NCBI GenBank assembly: GCA_964399335.1
Contig: CAYNQI010000025.1
Span: 1 to 15,087, forward strand
Length of the DNA stretch: 15,087 bases
From: an uncultured Thermoplasmata archaeon
GTDB taxonomy: Archaea > Thermoplasmatota > Thermoplasmata > Halarchaeoplasmatales > Halarchaeoplasmataceae
Reading direction: 5' to 3'
Shown: positions 1 to 8,056 of the stretch, one piece after another
Layout: every line of letters starts with the position of its first letter
Numbering within the stretch: position 1 is the first letter of the stretch
Notes under the pieces: generated by a model
Told to the model about the DNA's origin: nothing
What the model saw: only the letters and a program-made list of their open reading frames with translations
Database searches by the model: none
Translations under genes and position numbers: made by a program

Positions 1-2
1 AG

Positions 3-71
3 ATGGGGATAATCTTGGACACGGTAAAGGATGAGATAGAAACTGCAAGGAAAGCTTTGAGATTACGGTAA
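3..71 (+). CDS. Possible C-terminal end of an upstream gene cut by the window edge (..GIILDTVKDEIETARKALRLR*)
   Basis: Frame +3 is open from the window start to TAA at 69-71 and reads as a plausible helical tail; the other two + frames stop early. Too short to identify. Confidence 0.4.
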   Translation: MGIILDTVKDEIETARKALRLR

Positions 72-113
72 ACTTTCGCGAATCTATTTATCTTTGGTAT
101 ATCATTACAAATT

Positions 114-1136
114 ATGGAAGTTAGAACAAAGGGAGTTTCTCTCTTACTTGATAAGCTGGAATCCATCGATGAGCAAAAGTTAGAAGAGCATAAGATCCAT
201 GAGATCGTTGATCATCCTGATATCCAGCGCTGGTTGAAGGCCTACGATTGGATAGAGGATCGGGAAGCAAAATTTAAGCAAATTTTGAGCAAAATACATG
301 ATGGGGTGGATTACGAATCTGAAAGAGATGAACTGACGATACAAGAACTATGGGTACAGAAGATCGACTATGGATTGAGGAAAGCTGTGGAAGACCCAGA
401 TAAGATGAGTTCATCTTTAGAGGAGATAAAAAAATATGATTGGGGTTCGACGGTTAAAAAAGCTAGGGAGTACTTACCAGAAGGTACTGAACTAGAACCG
501 GTTCTAGTAGTGACCATAGATGGTTTCAACGGTGGGATGTTCCGGTATGGAACGGTATATCTGTCTTTAGTTTACTTCGATCCTTCTCTGATATCTGAAG
601 ATACTTTCTCTCATGAACTACACCACATGGGTGCTGAGTACTGGTGGGAAAAAGATCCACGGATTCAAAAGTATAAAAATTCTGAGGATAAACAAAAACG
701 TTACCTAGCACGTCTTTTAACCTATCTAGTGGGAGAAGGTCTAGCCAACGCATTCTGCTCACCAGAGGCCTTGACAAAAGTTGAAGGTAAAGAAGAGCAT
801 AATGAGATGATAAGATATTATCAGGAGAATCTTGATGAATTATTTGACAAACTGGAAGAGTTGGTAGAGCAGATATTTGAGAACCCGGAAGAAGTTTCCG
901 AACTTTATAACGATTTTACCATGGATAGGGAGAATAGAGGTATACCTCCTGGGCATTTCCTTTCGGGTAAGATGGTTCAGATCATGGATAGGTCCTCTAA
1001 CGTATCTAGGGATGAAATAATAAACTTGATCAAGGAACCATTCGATTTCTTAGAACTTTATAACGTTGCTGCAGAAGAACTAGGATACCGTAAATTTTCG
1101 GAAGAGTATATCGAAAAGTTTACTAACTTTTTATAA
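114..1136 (+). CDS. Putative Zn-dependent peptidase (DUF5700/DUF2268-like, gluzincin-type)
   Basis: 340-aa ORF with an HExxH motif (FSHELHHMG) and a downstream EGLA third-ligand motif (LVGEGLAN); no signal peptide. Confidence 0.7.
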   Translation: MEVRTKGVSLLLDKLESIDEQKLEEHKIHEIVDHPDIQRWLKAYDWIEDREAKFKQILSKIHDGVDYESERDELTIQELWVQKIDYGLRKAVEDPDKMSSSLEEIKKYDWGSTVKKAREYLPEGTELEPVLVVTIDGFNGGMFRYGTVYLSLVYFDPSLISEDTFSHELHHMGAEYWWEKDPRIQKYKNSEDKQKRYLARLLTYLVGEGLANAFCSPEALTKVEGKEEHNEMIRYYQENLDELFDKLEELVEQIFENPEEVSELYNDFTMDRENRGIPPGHFLSGKMVQIMDRSSNVSRDEIINLIKEPFDFLELYNVAAEELGYRKFSEEYIEKFTNFL

Positions 1137-1176
1137 AAAAGAAAAGGTTTTTGAAAAATGTACTAGCCTAAAGAAT

Positions 1177-1416
1177 TTACTTCTTCCTGGAGGCTTCGTT
1201 CATCTTCATCTGTAGTTGATTGATCTTTGTTTCGTAGTCGTATATTTTATCTTGGATCTTCTTAGCTCTCTTTTCGTTTCCCACCCTTTCTGCTTCATTC
1301 CTTTTATTTTTCAAATCAGTTATTTTAGCATGTAGTTTTGTCATCTTCTCTTGATATTTTTCTTTATTCTTCTCGTGAGAGCCCTTAGTCTTGTCCTTTT
1401 TTATTGAAACCATCAT
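1177..1416 (-). CDS. Small Lys-rich coiled-coil hypothetical protein (79 aa)
   Basis: GGTGAT Shine-Dalgarno-like motif directly before ATGATG (the second ATG, at 1413, may be the start); helical K/E-rich sequence; fills the gap between two real genes. Confidence 0.7.
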   Translation of the reverse strand: MMVSIKKDKTKGSHEKNKEKYQEKMTKLHAKITDLKNKRNEAERVGNEKRAKKIQDKIYDYETKINQLQMKMNEASRKK

Positions 1417-1522
1417 ATCACCCGATAATAAGTATCGTAGAAGAGCTATAAGTATTTATCGTATTTTTTTATTAAATTATTTAAGCATTAATTATTTATC
1501 TGTTCACGGAGTTAAAAAATTT

Positions 1523-2554
1523 ATGAGAGTGGTGATTCTCGGTGGGGGTTTCTGTGGTTCAATGGTTGCCAAGAGATTGGACAACATAGATGATCTCGAT
1601 GTAATTTTGATAGATAAGGAACCTTACTTTGAATATTACCCGTCCTTACCCAAATTGATCACCAACCCAGATCATCATGAGAAGATTATCAAGCGGTATT
1701 CCACGTTTTTAAAGGATGTTAAGATGATCACGGAAAAAGTGGTAAAGATCACTCCAGGTGATGTTTTAACAACTAAAAGAACAGTTGATTTCGATATATT
1801 GGTGATCTCTTTAGGAGCTAATTATCCGATATATTTAGATGACAAAAAGAACGTTTTTACAGTCAGTTCTGGTAAAGAAGTCAAAGAACTTTCTAAACGG
1901 ATAGAGAAAGCGAGTGATGTTCTGATAGTTGGAGGGGGTTTGATAGGTACCGAGGTTGCAGCTGAAATAGCTTCTAAGACTGAAAAGGAAGTTACTTTAG
2001 TCCATTCCCACAGACGACTCATCGAGAGAAATCCTAAGATGGCATCTTTCTTTGCTGAAAAATATCTCAGAAGTAAAGGTGTTCGATTGATATTTAACGA
2101 AAAGGTCGTTGATCGTGAAGGCAAAGAATACGTAACCAGTGAAGGTAGAAGGATCAATTCAGATGTATGTATCTGGAGTACTGGATTGAGTTTCGATAGG
2201 AGTTTATTTCGTGGTTTTGAAGATTCCTGCTTTACAGGAAAAAATACACTCAAGGTCAACGAACACCTCCATTTGATCGATCATCCTGATATCTTTGTCG
2301 GCGGAGATATAGCTGGTATGGATGAGGAGAAGACCGGTCACAATGCAGATTCACATTCTAAAGTTATAGCGGATAATGTGATCAGATCTAGCAAGAGTCT
2401 TAGTTTAAAAAGGTACAGCAATGTCAAGATCCCACTCTTCATCAGCTTGGGAGATGTGAATGGATTGATATCTTTTAATCCTTTAGCTATACCCGGTCCC
2501 GTGCCAGCTGTAGTAAAATATCTGTTAGAAAAAGGTGCTTTGTTAAGATTATGA
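1523..2554 (+). CDS. FAD/NAD(P)H-dependent oxidoreductase, AIFM2/FSP1-like / type II NADH dehydrogenase family (343 aa)
   Basis: Two Rossmann motifs (MRVVILGGGFCG; VLIVGGGLIGTEVAAE), VTLVHS after the second, and a GD motif (IFVGGDIA). Start reassigned from 1391 to ATG 1523, where the first Rossmann strand begins. Confidence 0.85.
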   Translation: MRVVILGGGFCGSMVAKRLDNIDDLDVILIDKEPYFEYYPSLPKLITNPDHHEKIIKRYSTFLKDVKMITEKVVKITPGDVLTTKRTVDFDILVISLGANYPIYLDDKKNVFTVSSGKEVKELSKRIEKASDVLIVGGGLIGTEVAAEIASKTEKEVTLVHSHRRLIERNPKMASFFAEKYLRSKGVRLIFNEKVVDREGKEYVTSEGRRINSDVCIWSTGLSFDRSLFRGFEDSCFTGKNTLKVNEHLHLIDHPDIFVGGDIAGMDEEKTGHNADSHSKVIADNVIRSSKSLSLKRYSNVKIPLFISLGDVNGLISFNPLAIPGPVPAVVKYLLEKGALLRL

Positions 2555-2555
2555 A

Positions 2556-3497
2556 TCAAATCAGGACCAGATCTACAGCATATCCAAGCATCAAGAGTAT
2601 CGAAAAAGATGCATACAGCTTGAAATTTAGTTTAGAGATATCCCTTATCTTTGACTCGTGACCGTTCATGCCTTTCAACTCCGACCAAATCTTCGGGAGT
2701 AGAACTGCATGAGATGCAAAGGCTATCAATAGTGGCCATCCTGGATTGAGCAGAAGAAGTACTACCACTAATACATTGATGAGAGCTAATAGATGTATAC
2801 CGATCAGACCGTACCTAGATCTACTAAAACCCATCCTAGCAACTAATCCCAATTTTTTACCTTTGATATCGGTTGGAAGATCTACCATCTCCCCCATCCA
2901 AACTATGAACAGCGTTCCGAAACCGGTGATCGGTGAGATCGAGAGCAAGATCGGATGGAAACCTACATTTTGACTGATACCTGCTAATAATACAGCTAAA
3001 GGTCCAAATCCGATAACAACTACAATCTCCCCCATACCCCTGTAAGCAAATTTGAAGGGTTCCGCGGTATAATATTTACTCAAAAATACCGAAATCCCTA
3101 TGATTATCCAAAGGGGTACCCAGAGTGTTCTATCTATCAAGGATGTCAATAAAATCGTTCCAGCGAGACCTACAGCGATCCCAGATCTTGCGATAAGGTA
3201 CATCTTCGGTAAAAGTTCCGGATAGTTGACGATGATACCCGACCCTCCACTGAACTCACTTTTCATTGATTTTCGGTTATCTGCCCCCTGAAGTGTATCG
3301 TATATGTCATTGTAAACGTTGGTGGTTATGTGGAGGCTGATACCTATGATGAAAACGAGTACGAAATTGATCGTTCGGAATGAATTTGAGATCGTTATCG
3401 AAACCAAGGTCCCGGATACTAAAGGCACTACGATCGCGAACAGAAACGGTGCCCTTATCATCTCTAGGTATCCTGGTTTGTTTTCTCCCTCATTCAT
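2556..3497 (-). CDS. menA: UbiA-family prenyltransferase, MenA-like (1,4-dihydroxy-2-naphthoate polyprenyltransferase)
   Basis: Multi-TM protein with NVYNDIYDTLQGAD (NDxxDxxxxxD), GGSG, YTAEPFKFAYRGMGE and EMVDLPTDIKGKK motifs typical of the MenA branch. ATG at 3497 preferred over TTG at 3518. Confidence 0.8.
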   Translation of the reverse strand: MNEGENKPGYLEMIRAPFLFAIVVPLVSGTLVSITISNSFRTINFVLVFIIGISLHITTNVYNDIYDTLQGADNRKSMKSEFSGGSGIIVNYPELLPKMYLIARSGIAVGLAGTILLTSLIDRTLWVPLWIIIGISVFLSKYYTAEPFKFAYRGMGEIVVVIGFGPLAVLLAGISQNVGFHPILLSISPITGFGTLFIVWMGEMVDLPTDIKGKKLGLVARMGFSRSRYGLIGIHLLALINVLVVVLLLLNPGWPLLIAFASHAVLLPKIWSELKGMNGHESKIRDISKLNFKLYASFSILLMLGYAVDLVLI

Positions 3498-3528
3498 AAA
3501 GAAACCTAATATATTCAACCTATTTAAA

Positions 3529-3735
3529 TCATCGAGATGAAGTCGATCTATCTAGCTCTTCCGTCATCTTCTTAACAAATTCTTCGTACTCACCTTCTTC
3601 GTAGATATCATCTTTTTTGTTGTAATCGATAGGTTTTCCAGGGAAAGGATCATCCATGGTCCTGGGATACAGGTGTAGATGCAGATGTGGAAGAGTATTA
3701 CCGTGGATCTCGTAGTTTATCTTAACAGAATTCCA
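3529..3735 (-). pseudogene. 5'-truncated HIT (histidine triad) family hydrolase remnant
   Basis: Manual translation (not in the ORF track): WNSVKINYEIHGNTLPHLHLHLYPRTMDDPFPGKPIDYNKKDDIYEEGEYEEFVKKMTEELDRSTSSR*. It contains the HxHxH triad. An in-frame TAA (3736-3738) lies directly upstream, and there is no room for the N-terminal half before the divergent gene at 3771. Confidence 0.8.
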
Positions 3736-3770
3736 TTAACCTTTAATTACTCTAGAATCATTTTCAATAG

Positions 3771-4346
3771 ATGAAATTCAATATCTTCGACCTTATCGCC
3801 CCTATATACCCCTTCTTTGAGAAAGTATTGTTTTCTGATACGCGAGAAAGGATGATCGAAGAGATGGAATTGAGTGAAGGGGATAAAGTTTTAGATGTTG
3901 GAGGTGGAACGGGTATGTTACTGGAGAAGATATTGAAAGAGCGTTCCGATGTAGATGTGTATCTGTTAGATGAATCAAAAGAGATGATGCAGAAAGCACC
4001 TTCCTCACATAATAAAGTCCGTGGAAAAGCATGTAGAACTCCCTTCGATTCTAAGTCTTTTGATATCCTACTCTGTGTGGATGCTCTTCATCATTTTGAA
4101 AACAAAGCTGGGAGTCTGAAGGAGATGATGAGAGTTCTAAAATCTGAAGGCGAGTTATTGATCCTAGAACTGGATCCACAAAGTCCTTTGACCAAATTCG
4201 TCGAGTTCGGGGAAAAACTAGTAGGGGAACAACCTTATTTCTTTGAACCTGAAGTTCTTCAAAAATTCTTTTCAAGGCGTGATTTCCAAACTTCGGTCAA
4301 AAAACTACATCCCTACGACTATATTTTAAAAGCTAAAAGATCATAA
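3771..4346 (+). CDS. Class I SAM-dependent methyltransferase, UbiE/MenG-like
   Basis: Motif I VLDVGGGTG, LLDES, PFDSKSFD, ALHH and RVLKSEG motifs. The N-terminal FDLIAPIY resembles the FDxIAxxY of UbiE/MenG. Confidence 0.8.
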   Translation: MKFNIFDLIAPIYPFFEKVLFSDTRERMIEEMELSEGDKVLDVGGGTGMLLEKILKERSDVDVYLLDESKEMMQKAPSSHNKVRGKACRTPFDSKSFDILLCVDALHHFENKAGSLKEMMRVLKSEGELLILELDPQSPLTKFVEFGEKLVGEQPYFFEPEVLQKFFSRRDFQTSVKKLHPYDYILKAKRS

Positions 4347-4544
4347 TAGCCAAGCTTTCTCGACTTGACTCTTCGGTACCCATTCTTCATCGATGAGCAC
4401 TGCTTTCTTCGTAGTAGCTTCTACGGTACCAGTTAGTATATTATTCGGAAATCCTTTTTTCTCGCCGAGCCATTCTACGACTTCGACTCCGATCTCTTCA
4501 CTCTTTCCAACATCGTTGATATCTATTTCATCGTCTCTGCTCAT
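4341..4544 (-). CDS. Small hypothetical beta-rich protein (67 aa)
   Basis: GGGGAT SD-like motif before ATG 4544; protein-like sequence (TKKAVLIDEEWVPKSQV); 6-nt convergent overlap with the methyltransferase. Confidence 0.6.
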   Translation of the reverse strand: MSRDDEIDINDVGKSEEIGVEVVEWLGEKKGFPNNILTGTVEATTKKAVLIDEEWVPKSQVEKAWLL

Positions 4545-4587
4545 GGATATCCCCATTTTTTACATGGATAAGAAACTTTTGGATAGG

Positions 4588-4654
4588 TTTTATAGAGATA
4601 TCACACTTCGAAATGTGCAAAAATTAAAATATTAGATATGCTTGATTGAGCATA
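4588..4654 (+). promoter_or_regulatory. Candidate promoter/operator region of the ECF operon
   Basis: TATA-like TTTTATAGA (4588-4596) and TTAAAATA (4624-4631); 14/16 palindrome CACACTTCGAAATGTG (4602-4617); inverted repeat TATGCT-N6-AGCATA (4637-4654); GAGGT SD before ATG 4668. Confidence 0.4.
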
Positions 4655-4667
4655 ACGAGGTAATCAG

Positions 4668-6575
4668 ATGCGTTATAATAGATTAAAAAATTTAGCAGTG
4701 TTTTCCATTGTCTTAGTGATGTTGATATCGGTGTTCACAGCCGGTTGTTTAGAAGAAGATGATACTGATGACGATGATGCACTAATCACTATCAATGGAC
4801 AAAATTTTGACCTAGAGGACCTAGAAGATATGGATACAGTAGAAGGTACAGCAAGATATCAAAATAGATTCTATAACTGGAACGAAAAAGCGGAATACAA
4901 AGGGGTAGCTTTGGGTACCCTAGTTCCGGATATGGAAACAAGTGATGTTCTGGAAGTTACTGCTTCAGATGGATTTTCACAGGAATTTTCCTATAGACAG
5001 ATCTTCCCATCTGAGACGAACATGGAGATCCAGGGGGAGATAATACTAGCCTACGTCAGTGACGGGATATCTGTACCCGAATGGGAAGATGGTCCCATGA
5101 TAGCTGTACTCCCTCCTGATGAAGATTTCAGTAACGATGATTTAAACATGACTAGGTCTTTAGACTCGCGATTCGATTCTCAGAGCTCTGCAGGATCCTT
5201 ATGGGTTAAAAATGTAGAGGAAATAACGGTGAACGAAGACGTTTATAGTGATACTGAAATAGGTCTTACTCTTGAAGGGGCAACTGTACATGATTATTCT
5301 TTCGAAGAATTGAGGAACATGGATTCCATCCAGGGAGAAGGGACGAGGATACGGTCGACAGCAAATGTTAGAGGACCTAATACTTACAGAGGGATTTATC
5401 TCACAGATCTAATTTCCAACATCTACAGTGGGTCGGAATATACCCTTCAGGTTGAGGCAAGAGACGGTTACACAATGACTTATCCTAGAGAACAGGTAGA
5501 AGGCGATGTACCTGTTTTAGACGAAGATTATAAAGAGACAGACATAGATGCTGATTTTGAAGTCATACTGGCATATGAAGAGGACGGCGATCCCGTACCG
5601 GATTGGGAAGACGGACCTCGTATTGCATTTTTAAACGAAGAGGGCCATCTCAGTGAAGCAGGTCTATGGGCGAAAATGGTAAGATATATTCGAGTTTTAC
5701 CAGAACAAGAAGATTGGACACTCGAGTTGAAAAAAGGATCTGAAACAGTTGATATAAGCAAGCAGTATTTTGAAAGTGCAGCCAATTGTGAATTCCATAG
5801 AGCTGAGTATGAGGAGGAAGGTGATGTTTATGCAGGTGTAACTCTCTGGGAAATAGTGGCAGCTGTTGATGGAGGAGATCCCCCTGATGGTCACTATATG
5901 TACAATACCGTGTTGGCTGAATTGGGGTATGATGTTGTAGTAGAAGCAGGAGATGGATTCTCCGCAACATTAACATCTCAACAGATCGCCAGGAACGATA
6001 GCATAATCCTTGCAAATGAGCTGAACGGAGAACCTCTTCCTGAAGGAGAAGCTCCATTGAGGTTGGTAGGTGAAGACCTACCTGGAGAAAAAAGCGTTAG
6101 GAATATTGTTAAGATCGAACTCACAGATCTTCCCGACGAGAGCGAGATCCCGGATTGGTCATTGACCCTCAATGGTACTTTAGTCAGGGAATACGATGCC
6201 ATGGTATTCGGTTCTTTGATAGGATGTGGGGTACATACCGAAGAATTCAATGCTGATGAGGGTACCTATGAAGGTATACCTCTTTGGATCCTTATCGCTG
6301 CTGTTGATGACGGGGAGACCTTGAGCCACTGGTCATTGAATGAGACTTTGGTCGAACGTGGTTACGAAGTTCAGGTTATCGCTGAAGACGGTTACAGCTA
6401 CACATTCGATATAGATGACGTGGCCTTCAACGACACCATGATATTAGCCTCTCGGTTGAATGGTGAACCATTAGATGAGAACGATTCACCACTACGACTG
6501 GTTGGTGAAGGTTTGTCGGGTGAGCAGAGTGTTAGAAATATCATTGAAATAAGACTCGTCGGCCTAGAATTATGA
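4668..6575 (+). CDS. Acidic lipoprotein with four tandem molybdopterin-oxidoreductase-like (sulfite-oxidase/Oxidored_molyb-like) domains
   Basis: Signal peptide plus lipobox TAGC (Cys27). Four repeats (about aa 39-188, 198-344, 349-486, 496-632) of Y-x-G-[VI]-x-L ... V-x-A-x-DG-[FY] ... ILA ... [ND]G ... GP/P-L-R ... [WS]-[VA]-[KR]-x-[VI], matching the Oxidored_molyb C-terminal pattern. Confidence 0.75.
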   Translation: MRYNRLKNLAVFSIVLVMLISVFTAGCLEEDDTDDDDALITINGQNFDLEDLEDMDTVEGTARYQNRFYNWNEKAEYKGVALGTLVPDMETSDVLEVTASDGFSQEFSYRQIFPSETNMEIQGEIILAYVSDGISVPEWEDGPMIAVLPPDEDFSNDDLNMTRSLDSRFDSQSSAGSLWVKNVEEITVNEDVYSDTEIGLTLEGATVHDYSFEELRNMDSIQGEGTRIRSTANVRGPNTYRGIYLTDLISNIYSGSEYTLQVEARDGYTMTYPREQVEGDVPVLDEDYKETDIDADFEVILAYEEDGDPVPDWEDGPRIAFLNEEGHLSEAGLWAKMVRYIRVLPEQEDWTLELKKGSETVDISKQYFESAANCEFHRAEYEEEGDVYAGVTLWEIVAAVDGGDPPDGHYMYNTVLAELGYDVVVEAGDGFSATLTSQQIARNDSIILANELNGEPLPEGEAPLRLVGEDLPGEKSVRNIVKIELTDLPDESEIPDWSLTLNGTLVREYDAMVFGSLIGCGVHTEEFNADEGTYEGIPLWILIAAVDDGETLSHWSLNETLVERGYEVQVIAEDGYSYTFDIDDVAFNDTMILASRLNGEPLDENDSPLRLVGEGLSGEQSVRNIIEIRLVGLEL

Positions 6576-8056
6576 TAAATAAAAAGCTAACTCTGTTGAT
6601 AGTCATCGTGATCATGCTCTCTCTCTTCACCGTAGGGTGTACTGAGGAGCCGGAGTACGCCCTCGAGGTGTCAGGAGGAATAGTACTAGAGGAATCCGAT
6701 GATCATATACGTATCCGCTCCATATCACCGGATACGGAGGTAGTGGTACAGGGTTTCCAGGGCACTATAGAGCTCACGAACTCCCATCTCGATCCTGTGG
6801 TAGAAGGTGTAGAGGGGTATGAGATGGATAAGACTTCCATAAATATGGATATCGATGATAGGTCTGAAAAAACCATAACCATAGATACACCTGAAAAGAC
6901 CGACTTCGAATTCGCGGTCATCGGTGATACCCAGGGCATGAATCACATATTCAAAGATGCAGTTGACGATATGGAGGAAATCGAGTTTTTGATCCATACC
7001 GGAGACTTGACACCTCATTCACAGGTAGATGAATATCATGCAGTTATAGAAGTCATGAACGATGCTGGTTTTCCAGTTTATCCAACTATCGGAAACCACG
7101 ACAACAGGTTCAACGGTACGGAGATATACGAAGAGTTGATAGGGCCAACAGAGTATTCCTTCGTTTACTCGGACTATAACTTCATATTCTTGGATACATC
7201 AGAGCTTTCGTTGACTGAAGACCAGATAGACTGGATCGACACACAGGTGTTAGAGGATAAACAGAACGTTATCGTAACCCATTCCCCATACTACGACCCC
7301 TTCGGAGGGGATCATACTCTTGATCCCGAGTCCGATGCGATGCTTGAACAGTACCTCTTAGATGGTTCAATAGATGTTTTCATGGCCGGCCATATACATG
7401 CTTATCATGAGGATGTTTCACACGGGATGCAGCGATTGATCACCGGTGGTGGCGGTGGATCGCTTGTAGATGGGGTACATCATTACACTCACGTCACCGC
7501 AGACAGCACCGGTTTGACCTTCGAGAAAGTACCTATCGATACACCGGAACAGAACATATTTGAGATATCGGTGGAAAGAGGTGAAGAAAAAGAGGACATC
7601 ACCTACGAGAGGTTGCTGCAGATCATGAAGCAGGAGGGTGTATCCGGGATGTCTTCCTTCCAGAACCAGTTCGGGAATCAAAGAGGTGAAGCCTACTACA
7701 GCGGAGTTAAGATCAGTACTATCATCGAGAAAGTAGGCGGAATGGATGAGGATGATATCCTTGTTGTTGAATCCATCGATGGTCATGAACAGGAATTCGG
7801 TTATCTTAACGTGTATCCGGACGAATACTTCTTATCTGAACAGGGAGAGTTCATCCTGGCTCTGACTTATAACAATCAGACCATCGACGAATGGAACGAC
7901 GGGCCCAGGGCGGTGTTCATGCCTGACGACGGATATTATACCAACCAGAACTGTGAGAACACATCCTATGAAGGACAGGGATGGAATGAATACGATTCTG
8001 CAGGTGCAAGATGGGTAAAATATGTAAGTTCATTCACGGTGGTGGAAAGTGGATAG
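6572..8056 (+). CDS. Lipoprotein: calcineurin-like metallophosphoesterase fused to a C-terminal Oxidored_molyb-like domain
   Basis: Lipobox TVGC (Cys23); phosphoesterase motifs GDTQG, HTGD, GNHD, VTH, GHIH. The C-terminal domain (QNQFGN..YSGVKI..SIDGHEQEF..FILA..WNDGP..SAGARWVKYV) aligns by eye with domain 1 of the upstream protein. ATGA overlap with the upstream stop. Confidence 0.8.
   Translation: MINKKLTLLIVIVIMLSLFTVGCTEEPEYALEVSGGIVLEESDDHIRIRSISPDTEVVVQGFQGTIELTNSHLDPVVEGVEGYEMDKTSINMDIDDRSEKTITIDTPEKTDFEFAVIGDTQGMNHIFKDAVDDMEEIEFLIHTGDLTPHSQVDEYHAVIEVMNDAGFPVYPTIGNHDNRFNGTEIYEELIGPTEYSFVYSDYNFIFLDTSELSLTEDQIDWIDTQVLEDKQNVIVTHSPYYDPFGGDHTLDPESDAMLEQYLLDGSIDVFMAGHIHAYHEDVSHGMQRLITGGGGGSLVDGVHHYTHVTADSTGLTFEKVPIDTPEQNIFEISVERGEEKEDITYERLLQIMKQEGVSGMSSFQNQFGNQRGEAYYSGVKISTIIEKVGGMDEDDILVVESIDGHEQEFGYLNVYPDEYFLSEQGEFILALTYNNQTIDEWNDGPRAVFMPDDGYYTNQNCENTSYEGQGWNEYDSAGARWVKYVSSFTVVESG

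Noticed and set aside
1391-1522. 44-aa N-terminal extension of the oxidoreductase in the ORF track
   Set aside because: It overlaps the divergent 79-aa gene and an AT-rich promoter region; the Rossmann fold starts at ATG 1523.
4557-4667. TPP, cobalamin or Moco riboswitch upstream of the ECF operon
   Set aside because: The region is short and AT-rich, and I see no conserved riboswitch core.
4668-6575. Calling the lipoprotein an active sulfite oxidase/MsrP-type enzyme
   Set aside because: No Tat signal, no heme or MsrQ partner, two domains lack any Cys, and the fold is repeated across transporter subunits. The fold is supported but catalysis is not.
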